Below, one piece after another: positions 1 through 7,016 of a DNA stretch of 64,000 nt. The DNA comes from a virus. Lineage: Duplodnaviria > Caudoviricetes. The notes beneath the pieces are model-generated. The model was not told the DNA's origin, ran no database searches, and saw nothing but the letters and a program-made list of their open reading frames with translations. The position numbers and the translations under genes were made by a program. The number at the start of each line of letters is the position of its first letter. The first letter of the stretch is position 1. The stretch is from the IMG/VR virus record IMGVR_UViG_3300010885_080481; one strand, written 5' to 3'.

Positions 1-1
1 T

Positions 2-103
2 AGAGGTCCCCAGGGCTTCAAGGGTGAGTCCAGCGGACCGGCCGAACGTGAACTCCTTGCCCATTGGGCCCACGAGGCCTTGAAGCCTTCTGGAGAAGAA
101 TAG
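2..103 (+). CDS. 3' end of a truncated hypothetical ORF
   Basis: Open frame RGPQGFKGE...KPSGEE ending TAG 101-103, GC3-rich like its neighbours, just before the first promoter repeat. Confidence 0.35.
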   Translation, partial: RGPQGFKGESSGPAERELLAHWAHEALKPSGEE

Positions 104-148
104 CACTGAGCAGTGCAAAGTTCTACCTCGAAAGGATATACTAGGACC

Positions 149-469
149 ATGAACATCGTCGAGTACGTCTCCGGTCTCCGCAAGTACCGCATCACCCTCG
201 TCCCCGGTGCCTACGTCGTCGTCGAGGCCTTCAAGGATGACCAGTTCGTCTCGATGAAGAGGTTTGAGGTGGGGGACGAGGTGGAGTACGACTCCTTCAA
301 CCTGAGCTACACAGGCCTCATCATGGCGATCGGCAAGAAGACGGTCACCGTGGAGACCTCTTTCAGGGGAAACAAGCGCCTCAAGGCCGAGGAGTTCGGC
401 TGGCGGAACTGGGACTTCAATGCTGCTGAGACCGCACGACGCAACGCAGAAACGTCGCAATCTATCTGA
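149..469 (+). CDS. early hypothetical protein (MNIVEYVSG...)
   Basis: ATG 36 nt after promoter copy 1; high GC3. The ORF-track start at 113 is the promoter GTG. Confidence 0.8.
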   Translation: MNIVEYVSGLRKYRITLVPGAYVVVEAFKDDQFVSMKRFEVGDEVEYDSFNLSYTGLIMAIGKKTVTVETSFRGNKRLKAEEFGWRNWDFNAAETARRNAETSQSI

Positions 470-510
470 GGGCTGTGCAAAGTTCGGACCCGAAAGGGTA
501 TACTAGAACC

Positions 511-675
511 ATGGAAACGGTCTTCGCCAAGGTCCCCCAGCACCTCTACCTCTTCCGGTCCGCCTGCGGGACCAAGTTCATCGACCGGGACGGTCGGGGC
601 TGGAAGCTCCACACCCCGACCCTCGGGAAGTGGACCTACTTCCCCACCTTCAAGGCCTGCCTCACGGCGGCCTGA
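511..675 (+). CDS. early hypothetical protein (METVFAKVP...)
   Basis: ATG after promoter copy 2. Confidence 0.75.
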   Translation: METVFAKVPQHLYLFRSACGTKFIDRDGRGWKLHTPTLGKWTYFPTFKACLTAA

Positions 676-726
676 AAAGTCGCGGAGGCGGTGCAAAGTC
701 AACCCTAAAAGAGGTAAGGTAGAACC

Positions 727-1452
727 ATGCCGATCATCAAGACGAGCTACGACGCCAACGTCGGCCCCGAGACCCTCTTCCGTGGTCGGGTGCTCAAGAT
801 CGAGAAGACCACGGAGACCCGCAACTGGTCGGACACGTTGGACTACAGCGACCACCGCTCCACGGAGTGCACCTGGGCCCTCGTCTACCTCGGGACCCAC
901 GGCGTGCCGCCCCGCGGTTGGAACGGCCGGGTGATCGCCCACATCAAGGACCCGTTCTGGGAGACGCCCCGGGACCTGACGGTCGACGAGCGGTTCGCCT
1001 GGATGGACTGCACCAACCTCTTTGGGGACCGGCACGGTTACCTGCTCAAGGCCGAGGTCGACACGGTGGGCGACCTTCTCATCGCCGGTGGCACGGAGAA
1101 CATCTACGACCAGCTCGCCGCCTGGGAGGCCCACCACAAGGCCGCCCTCGAGGCCCGAGTCGCGGAGCATGCCGCAAAGGAGGCCATCCGCCTCGCCGCC
1201 GAGAAGGCCGCGACCGAGAAGAATGCCGCCCGTGCTGCCAAGGCTGCCGAGAAGGATGCCGTCCTCAAGGCCGCCGCTGAAGGTCACCTTGCCCGGATCC
1301 CCACCAAGGGCACTCAGGTCACGGTGGATGGGTTCACAGGGAAGGTCTTCTGGATCGGGGTCTCCAAGTACCGTGGGTTCTGGTCCGCCCGGGCCGGCAT
1401 CAAGGACTCCAGGGGCAACGTGCAGTGGGTTCCGGCGGACCGGTTCTCCTGA
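727..1452 (+). CDS. early hypothetical protein with Ala/Lys/Glu coiled coil and SH3-like C-terminus
   Basis: 241 aa ORF after promoter copy 3; helical AEK-rich middle; beta-rich C-terminus GTQVTVDGFTGKVFWIG. Confidence 0.8.
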   Translation: MPIIKTSYDANVGPETLFRGRVLKIEKTTETRNWSDTLDYSDHRSTECTWALVYLGTHGVPPRGWNGRVIAHIKDPFWETPRDLTVDERFAWMDCTNLFGDRHGYLLKAEVDTVGDLLIAGGTENIYDQLAAWEAHHKAALEARVAEHAAKEAIRLAAEKAATEKNAARAAKAAEKDAVLKAAAEGHLARIPTKGTQVTVDGFTGKVFWIGVSKYRGFWSARAGIKDSRGNVQWVPADRFS

Positions 1453-1455
1453 CCT

Positions 1456-1536
1456 AGGATGACACAGGAGAGGCTTCCATAAATCCGGGAGGGGTAACCA
1501 AGGCCCGACTCCCCAAAGCCTCTCCTGGGTCATCCT
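1456..1536 (+). ncRNA. structured intergenic RNA element (21-bp stem with inner hairpin)
   Basis: 1456-1476 pairs with 1516-1536 at 20 of 21 positions; inner GGGAG/CTCCC and GGG/CCC stems. Confidence 0.55.
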
Positions 1537-1599
1537 CGAGACCTCGAAAAAGTTCACAGGACAGTGCAAAGTTCCACCTTGAAGTGATAAGTTAGAACC

Positions 1600-1689
1600 A
1601 TGGACAAGCACACCGCCTCGGACATCCTCGGAGCCCTCATCACGGTCGCCTCCACGGCCTTCGCCGGCTACTGGCTCCTCGCCCTCTGA
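1600..1689 (+). CDS. 29-aa membrane mini-protein (MDKHTASDILGALITVASTAFAGYWLLAL)
   Basis: ATG exactly 36 nt after promoter copy 4; hydrophobic; too short for the ORF track. Confidence 0.7.
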   Translation: MDKHTASDILGALITVASTAFAGYWLLAL

Positions 1690-1719
1690 CCCTTCACTCC
1701 CAACCACAAGGACGACACC

Positions 1720-1905
1720 ATGAACGACTCGATCACCATCAAGACCTGCAAGTGCGACGAGTGTGACCATACGGCACCTGGTGTGGAGTACACATCCCTC
1801 GGGTCCCCGGTTCTCTTCGTCTGCAAGCACTGCGAGCCCAAAGGGTTCGAGAAGCAGGCCCGACAGGATATCGATTCCTGGTTGGCCGGCGGTTCGTTCC
1901 GCTGA
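1720..1905 (+). CDS. small Cys-rich (putative Zn-binding) protein
   Basis: CKCDEC...CKHC motifs; AAGGA upstream. Confidence 0.7.
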   Translation: MNDSITIKTCKCDECDHTAPGVEYTSLGSPVLFVCKHCEPKGFEKQARQDIDSWLAGGSFR

Positions 1906-1946
1906 TCCCGGTGCAAAGTCAACCCTGAAAGAGTTAAGGTAGAACC

Positions 1947-2327
1947 ATGGCAACTCGCTCCTACATCGGCAAGCTCCTCAACGACGGCTCCATCACCGGC
2001 ATCTACTGCCACTTCGACGGTTACCCGGAGGGCGTCGGTGCCACCCTCAAGGAGCACTACACGGATCCGGTCAAGGTGGATGCCCTCCTCGCCCTCGGCT
2101 CCATCTCGTCCCTCGGGGCGGAGATCGGGGAACAACACGAGTTCGAGGATCGATCCCGCGACTGCGTCACGGCCTGCCACCGGGACCGTGGCGAACGCCT
2201 TGAGGCGCCGACCGTCTACCGGAACATCGACGAACTTCGCCGGAATGCCTTCAACGACCTCGGGGCTGAGTATGCCTACGTCTTCGTCAACGGGGAGTGG
2301 GCCACCACGGAGTTGGGTCCGGCGTGA
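1947..2327 (+). CDS. conserved phage hypothetical protein (YCHFDGYP family)
   Basis: After promoter copy 5; MxTRS.IG...IYCHxDGYPxGVG.xL..HY motif recognised as widespread in phage hypothetical proteins. Confidence 0.8.
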   Translation: MATRSYIGKLLNDGSITGIYCHFDGYPEGVGATLKEHYTDPVKVDALLALGSISSLGAEIGEQHEFEDRSRDCVTACHRDRGERLEAPTVYRNIDELRRNAFNDLGAEYAYVFVNGEWATTELGPA

Positions 2328-2557
2328 CCCTCGATGAGTTCCTCCGCAAGGCCCTGGAACCTCAACGTGCCACGAGACCGGGACAACGGTTCATCAACCT
2401 CCTCCACGAGGTGAAGCCCAGCCTCGCCTACAACCTGAAGAAGATCAACCTCGATCCGTACTACATGGATCAGCTCCTCCCCGCGGCCATCCAGTACGCC
2501 GTGGACAACTGGGACGCCTTCAGCCCAACCGACTACATCATAGGAGTCGATGAGTGA
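2324..2557 (+). CDS. hypothetical protein
   Basis: GTG start overlapping the upstream TGA (GTGA). Confidence 0.65.
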   Translation: MTLDEFLRKALEPQRATRPGQRFINLLHEVKPSLAYNLKKINLDPYYMDQLLPAAIQYAVDNWDAFSPTDYIIGVDE

Positions 2558-2621
2558 TGAAAGATACAAGAAATTCCCTCATCTAGTGCAAAGTTCAACC
2601 GGGAAGTGATAGGGTAGAACC

Positions 2622-2843
2622 ATGGGTTACGAATCGACCACGTACGAATGCCGGGGTTGCGGGCGATACGGTGACGGAACCTGGGTGTCCCTGCCACCTG
2701 AGTGGTCACGCATCGAGCGGATCGACGGGCCGAACAGCATCTGTCCTGCCTGTGTTCACGATCGTCTCGAGGATGTTCTCAAGGATCTTCGCGAGGACGG
2801 TTACGAGCACGCCCACGTGGTGCAAAGTTCAACCGAGAAGTGA
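2622..2843 (+). CDS. small Zn-ribbon-like protein
   Basis: After promoter copy 6; CRGC...CPAC; 3' end overlaps promoter copy 7. Confidence 0.75.
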   Translation: MGYESTTYECRGCGRYGDGTWVSLPPEWSRIERIDGPNSICPACVHDRLEDVLKDLREDGYEHAHVVQSSTEK

Positions 2844-2855
2844 TAGGGTAGAACC

Positions 2856-3059
2856 ATGAAGAAGACGATCCCCCATGCGATCCCCCAGAGGCCGTGGCAG
2901 TCCTACCCCGGCGAGAACTTCGACCGCACGACCACCATGGCCCTCCAGATCGCGGACGAAGCTCGGGCCAATGGGCGGGTCGAACCGGCCCACGGCTACT
3001 CCCGAGGAGACTGGGAGACGGCTGAAGAACGTCTCGTCCGCAGTGCAAAGTTCGCCTGA
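2856..3059 (+). CDS. early hypothetical protein
   Basis: After promoter copy 7. Confidence 0.75.
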   Translation: MKKTIPHAIPQRPWQSYPGENFDRTTTMALQIADEARANGRVEPAHGYSRGDWETAEERLVRSAKFA

Positions 3060-3078
3060 GAAAGGGTATATTAGGACC

Positions 3079-3336
3079 ATGAAGAACGACATCACGGTGG
3101 GCGACCTCGTCGAAGAGGTGGGCACGGACTCCGGTTGGTGGGTGGTGACCGAGGTCTTCCGGAACACCCACCGCAAGTACATCGTCTGCGAGGATGCGGC
3201 GGGGCGACCGGTTCGCATGGTGACCGAGGTCTTCCGAAACACCCTCCGCGAGGGGTTCGCGGCGAAGCTGGTCCTTAAGGATCGACCGGACTGCGTCACC
3301 TTCGTCCCCATCGACCGGTTGGCCAAGGTCGGCTGA
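3079..3336 (+). CDS. early hypothetical protein with internal VTEVFRNT duplication
   Basis: After promoter copy 8. Confidence 0.75.
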   Translation: MKNDITVGDLVEEVGTDSGWWVVTEVFRNTHRKYIVCEDAAGRPVRMVTEVFRNTLREGFAAKLVLKDRPDCVTFVPIDRLAKVG

Positions 3337-3389
3337 GAAAAGTTCTCCCGGCGGTGCAAAGTTCCCAGCAGAAAGGATATACTAAGACC

Positions 3390-3563
3390 ATGAAGCTCAC
3401 CAAGAAGCAGGTCCTCGAGATGTTCCGCGAGTTCTGGACCGGGCACCCCGGTTCGTGGACGGAGAGCGAGAGGCGGGAAGCCTGGAACGACTTCACGGAT
3501 ATGTTGTGCAAGGATCGGCAGATCACGGAACGCCAGTACGAGACCTGGGCCAACCCGTTCTGA
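3390..3563 (+). CDS. early hypothetical protein (MKLTKKQV...W.NPF)
   Basis: After promoter copy 9. Confidence 0.75.
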   Translation: MKLTKKQVLEMFREFWTGHPGSWTESERREAWNDFTDMLCKDRQITERQYETWANPF

Positions 3564-3626
3564 GCCGGGGACAAAAAGTTCCCCAGCCCGGTGCAAAGTT
3601 CCCAGCAGAAAGTGTATACTGAGACC

Positions 3627-3854
3627 ATGAAGAACGCACGCTTCAACGAGGAGATGGCGATCATCAACGGCCGCGGCACCTGGAGCGCCGACGGCTCCAC
3701 CCTCACCCTGGAGAACGGGCGGATCCTCACGAAGGACGAGCAGTGGTCGGAGCGTGACCGCCTCCTGTCCGCCCGTCTGGCGAAGCCTGCCAAGCCGACC
3801 TCCCCTGCGGTCAAGCGGGAACGAGCCCGTCGGATGGCAACCGGCTGGTACTGA
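3627..3854 (+). CDS. early hypothetical protein
   Basis: After promoter copy 10. Confidence 0.75.
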   Translation: MKNARFNEEMAIINGRGTWSADGSTLTLENGRILTKDEQWSERDRLLSARLAKPAKPTSPAVKRERARRMATGWY

Positions 3855-3920
3855 GCCGGGGGACGAAAAAAGATCCTCCAGCCCGTGCAAAGTTCAACCT
3901 CGAAAGGGTATACTAGGACC

Positions 3921-4097
3921 ATGAAGACCACGGTAGAGGTAGTCCAGGCCCGCGATGTTCTCCGGCTCACCTTATCCCTCGAGGAAGCCAAGCGGATCCG
4001 TGCGGCCCTCTCGGACCTGGACGGGGAAGACTTAGACGCCTATGGCGGGATCCTTGAGGTCCTGCGGAAGGCCATTCCCCAACAATGGGCTCGGTGA
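3921..4097 (+). CDS. early hypothetical protein
   Basis: After promoter copy 11. Confidence 0.75.
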   Translation: MKTTVEVVQARDVLRLTLSLEEAKRIRAALSDLDGEDLDAYGGILEVLRKAIPQQWAR

Positions 4098-4150
4098 GAG
4101 CAGTTCTCCCGGCGGTGCAAAGTTCAACGAGGAAAGGATATACTAGGACC

Positions 4151-4327
4151 ATGAAGAACGAAGCCATCTACGAGATCGCGTACTTCACCCCCAAGGGCAA
4201 GCCCGGCCGGAAGCAGGTCCGCCAGTCGCGAATCGTCAAGGAAGCTCAGAAGCTGTACGACGCCGGGTACCACGGCATCCAGGTCTCCTACTACCCACTG
4301 ATCGCCGGCGTCGATCCGATCATCTGA
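4151..4327 (+). CDS. early hypothetical protein
   Basis: After promoter copy 12. Confidence 0.75.
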   Translation: MKNEAIYEIAYFTPKGKPGRKQVRQSRIVKEAQKLYDAGYHGIQVSYYPLIAGVDPII

Positions 4328-4369
4328 CCTGCGGTGCAAAGTTCAACCTCGAAAGGATATACTAGGACC

Positions 4370-4729
4370 ATGAAGAACCCCGGCAAGTACGAGTCGACTC
4401 TCGCCACCACCCTCAAGTCCCTAGGTCTCGACCACCGCGCGGAGGACCCCAACTTCCTGGAACTCCGCGAGGCGGCCTACAAGATCGACGACCTCCGTGC
4501 TGAACTGGAAGGTTGCTCCCGGCGTCGCGCGGACCGACTCACGTCCTTCGCCAATGATGTGGCCTCGGGCCGGATCCACATGACACCCCCGACGGGCAGC
4601 TCCCTCGTCGATGACATCGCGGAGAAGACCACCATCCTCAACGAGAAGTCCTCATCCTTCCCCACCCTCCTCCGCCTCGTCGCCGGACCAACCGCACCGA
4701 AGGAGTTCTTCGCGATCCTCCGCACCTGA
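4370..4729 (+). CDS. early hypothetical protein
   Basis: After promoter copy 13. Confidence 0.75.
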   Translation: MKNPGKYESTLATTLKSLGLDHRAEDPNFLELREAAYKIDDLRAELEGCSRRRADRLTSFANDVASGRIHMTPPTGSSLVDDIAEKTTILNEKSSSFPTLLRLVAGPTAPKEFFAILRT

Positions 4730-4760
4730 GAAACCCAACCTTCGCCACCACCGACCCGCA

Positions 4761-4781
4761 GGAGGATGATATATATCCTCC
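4761..4781 (+). promoter_or_regulatory. hairpin sequestering the translation start region, with late-promoter-like loop
   Basis: GGAGGAT-GATATAT-ATCCTCC ends immediately before ATG 4782. Confidence 0.55.
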
Positions 4782-5069
4782 ATGAAGCTAACACGCCGCC
4801 ACCTCCGCACCATCATCGATGAGGTCATCACAGAGGATCTCAAGAACGTTCGCAGCAGCCACGAGAAGACCATCGCCGGCACAACCGCGCTCCGCAAGAT
4901 GCACGACGCCCCCGGCGTTCTCGATGCGCTATCGAAAATCACTGACCCCAAAGAACTGGCTCAGGTCATAGAAGCCATCATCGACGCAGTTCCCATGGTC
5001 AAACGCGGAGACGTCCTAGCGGCTCTGGCGAAGGTGACACGTCATGAACGCACCACACACAGGTTCTAA
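4782..5069 (+). CDS. hypothetical protein with capsid-targeting-like N-terminus
   Basis: MKLTRRHLRTIIDEVITED leader shared with several late genes. Confidence 0.75.
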   Translation: MKLTRRHLRTIIDEVITEDLKNVRSSHEKTIAGTTALRKMHDAPGVLDALSKITDPKELAQVIEAIIDAVPMVKRGDVLAALAKVTRHERTTHRF

Positions 5070-5070
5070 C

Positions 5071-5169
5071 ATGCGCCTCGACAGATCACATCTCGTGGCC
5101 TTCCTCGAAGGCACTGTCCTCGGGGTCATCTTCGGCTGGGTGCTGTGGTGGGGCCTGCTGCGCGACTGA
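5071..5169 (+). CDS. 32-aa membrane mini-protein
   Basis: MRLDRSHLVAFLEGTVLGVIFGWVLWWGLLRD, starts 1 nt after the upstream stop. Confidence 0.55.
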   Translation: MRLDRSHLVAFLEGTVLGVIFGWVLWWGLLRD

Positions 5170-5174
5170 GACGC

Positions 5175-5345
5175 AAAGGGGCCCGATAAAGACGGCGCAA
5201 GGCCGGGGGCTGGGGGTTAAAAGGCTGTAAAAGGGCCCCTAATTTAGGTGGGGGGCCGGCCCCTAAAATAGGCCCCTTTCGGGCCTAGGGGCCCCCCGGC
5301 CATTTATAGCATTTTCTGTGGGCTTTCTAGGGCCTCCGGGGGGCG
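5175..5345. repeat. GGCC/palindrome-rich non-coding boundary element
   Basis: CCTAATTTAGG 5238-5248, GGGGCCGGCCCC 5252-5263, TAGGCCC-CTTTC-GGGCCTA 5269-5287, GGGGCCCC 5288-5295, several G-runs. Confidence 0.6.
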
Positions 5346-5432
5346 CTAAGGTCGTTCGCGCGACTCGAGAAATTTTGAGATCAAAACGGTACCTTCTCCT
5401 GTCTCGTGGAGGCACATCAGCCTATTTAGATC

Positions 5433-5615
5433 GTGTTGGACCTGAAGCCCGGCGATCTATGCACCTATCTAGACGATGGTGATACGCCGCGGGTCCTGTT
5501 GTCACGGGTCTTGATGTTCCTCTATGTAAATCCGAAGCATTCCGATGAAGGCATGTTCCTGTGTAATGATGGGTCGCTCGACGAGGAGTACTTCGTGTTC
5601 CTGAGGCGCCTGTGA
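5433..5615 (+). CDS. small hypothetical protein (KPGDL-type)
   Basis: GTG start; LKPGDL N-terminus typical of small SH3-like phage proteins. Confidence 0.55.
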   Translation: MLDLKPGDLCTYLDDGDTPRVLLSRVLMFLYVNPKHSDEGMFLCNDGSLDEEYFVFLRRL

Positions 5616-5751
5616 CCGAGTTCCGGAGCGAGGGAAAGATCCCTCGCGGCCGTCGTGCTCGAAATTTCTCGGGAATTTTTTCGTATCGAAATCGACCGTT
5701 GTTCTTTGGTGGGATGATGCGTACCATGGATGGCGAGGTGATGAGATGCGA

Positions 5752-5847
5752 ATGAGTTACGGCAAGCTGTTCGAGAGGATGTTCGTGACGTCAGTGTTCA
5801 GGTTGATCATTGGAGCGATCTTGAAGCCGTTCCGTCGGCTGCTGTAG
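5752..5847 (+). CDS. 31-aa hypothetical mini-protein
   Basis: MSYGKLFERMFVTSVFRLIIGAILKPFRRLL. Confidence 0.4.
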   Translation: MSYGKLFERMFVTSVFRLIIGAILKPFRRLL

Positions 5848-5999
5848 GCGGTGGTTCGGCGCCACTCTAAGCATTCCAGAAATATTCGAGAGTTCGTGGG
5901 GATATAAAACCTTGACGAGCTTTTTTTATTTTTAGAGAATGATTACATCGTATAAGTTGTACAAACCTCTTATAGGATATAGTATAGGTATACAAATAT

Positions 6000-6935
6000 A
6001 TGGCCCTAGGTGTCTGTTGTCATTGGATTAGGCATGAAGTTGCGCCGCGGAGCGGCAAATCGCAAGTCATCAACGAATTGGATGAGAGAACCTTGCAATT
6101 GGGTCGATACGAACGAGGTTCTTATGCTGAGGACTCGATTCGTTCGTTGTATCTGCACAATGTTCGAATGTTGCGAGATGTGTTGCGGAAGGTTGCGGCG
6201 AGTGGCGTGCGGTTGTTCCGCGTGTCATCCGCGATGTTTCCGTTGAGTGATCGCGTTCCTCGAGGGTTGTGGGACAACGAGGTCGTGAAGCGCGAGTTGA
6301 TGTTGTGTGGCGAGGTGGCACGGAAGCATGGCATTCGGTTGACGACTCATCCGGGTCAGTTCTGCGTGTTGTCATCAGATTCTGATTCCGTGGTGGAGAA
6401 GGCCGTTGTCGAGCTCGAGCATCATGCCTGGATGTTTGATTCCATGGGGTTGCCGAGGAGCCCTTACGCTGCGATCAACGTGCACGGTGGCAAGTCAGAT
6501 CGAGTTTCACGGTTGATCGATGCGATTCGATCTTTGCCTGAGGCGTCGAGGTCGAGGTTGACGTTAGAGAATGACGAGACGTGTTATTCGTTGGTGGACC
6601 TGTTGCCGGTGGCTCTCGAGACGGGCGTTTCTCTCGTTTGGGATTCGCATCATCACGTGTTCAACGATGGTGGATTGGACGGCGCAGAGGCTGCAGATGC
6701 AGCCGATGAGACGTGGCCTAAGGGAGTGAAACCTCTGCAACATATCAGTAACACGGAACCGGGTATGGAAGGCGGTTCATTCACCGAACGTCGGAAACAC
6801 AGCAACATGATTCATTACGTGCCAGAAATCCAGCTCGAGCGCCTCCGGCGCGATGCTGTGGACGTTGAAGTCGAGGCCAAGTTGAAGAATTTGGCGGTGT
6901 TCGATATGTCAAAGAAATTTAGTATTCCTTTGTGA
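6000..6935 (+). CDS. uvsE: UV DNA damage endonuclease (UVDE family)
   Basis: FRVSS.MFP, RLTTHPGQFCVLSS, INVHGG, LTLENDE, WDSHHH, HIS, VEVEAK motifs. Confidence 0.92.
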   Translation: MALGVCCHWIRHEVAPRSGKSQVINELDERTLQLGRYERGSYAEDSIRSLYLHNVRMLRDVLRKVAASGVRLFRVSSAMFPLSDRVPRGLWDNEVVKRELMLCGEVARKHGIRLTTHPGQFCVLSSDSDSVVEKAVVELEHHAWMFDSMGLPRSPYAAINVHGGKSDRVSRLIDAIRSLPEASRSRLTLENDETCYSLVDLLPVALETGVSLVWDSHHHVFNDGGLDGAEAADAADETWPKGVKPLQHISNTEPGMEGGSFTERRKHSNMIHYVPEIQLERLRRDAVDVEVEAKLKNLAVFDMSKKFSIPL

Positions 6936-7016
6936 ATTACCTTTGAGCAAAGGTGTTTGAGAAAAGAGTATAAAGTAATTGACCTCGTAAAAGAGGATAT
7001 ACAGGAGAGAAAAAAC

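Larger units (their letters stand above)
113..4369 (+). promoter_or_regulatory. 13 copies of a 36-nt early promoter (GTGCAA-N18-TAnnnT-N6-ATG), predicted leaderless
   Basis: Copies start at 113, 475, 691, 1564, 1911, 2586, 2820, 3043, 3354, 3591, 3885, 4115, 4334. In every copy an ATG lies exactly 36 nt after the first G. -10 boxes are TATACT x7, TAAGGT x2, TAGGGT x2, TAAGTT, TATATT. Confidence 0.9.

Noticed and set aside
13-90. GGCTTCAAGG / CCTTGAAGCC 10-bp inverted repeat
   Set aside because: It lies within a probable coding tail, has a long loop and has no other support
143-148. AGGACC/AGAACC as a Shine-Dalgarno
   Set aside because: It is only 2 nt from the ATG and is not conserved as AGGA in most copies
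3143-3244. About 25-nt direct repeat in ORF 3079-3336
   Set aside because: A simple in-frame intragenic duplication (VTEVFRNT twice); no evidence of a separate element
307-3991. Long minus-strand ORFs (307-1953, 2829-3890, 3296-3991 and others)
   Set aside because: Shadow frames produced by high GC3 on the plus strand; they cross many promoter-led genes
113-4369. Repeats as a CRISPR array or integron attC cassettes
   Set aside because: Spacers are variable-length ORFs (about 90-730 nt). The repeat is non-palindromic with -35/-10 geometry, and no cas or integrase gene is in the window
113-4729. ORF-track proteins starting MQSS...YTRTM
   Set aside because: These start at the GTG of the promoter, in frame only because the motif is 36 nt long; the real starts are the ATGs after the -10 box
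5170-6000. Chimeric assembly join between a high-GC and a low-GC genome
   Set aside because: The promoter geometry and the N-terminal leader family occur on both sides and the GC change is stepwise; still needs read-level confirmation
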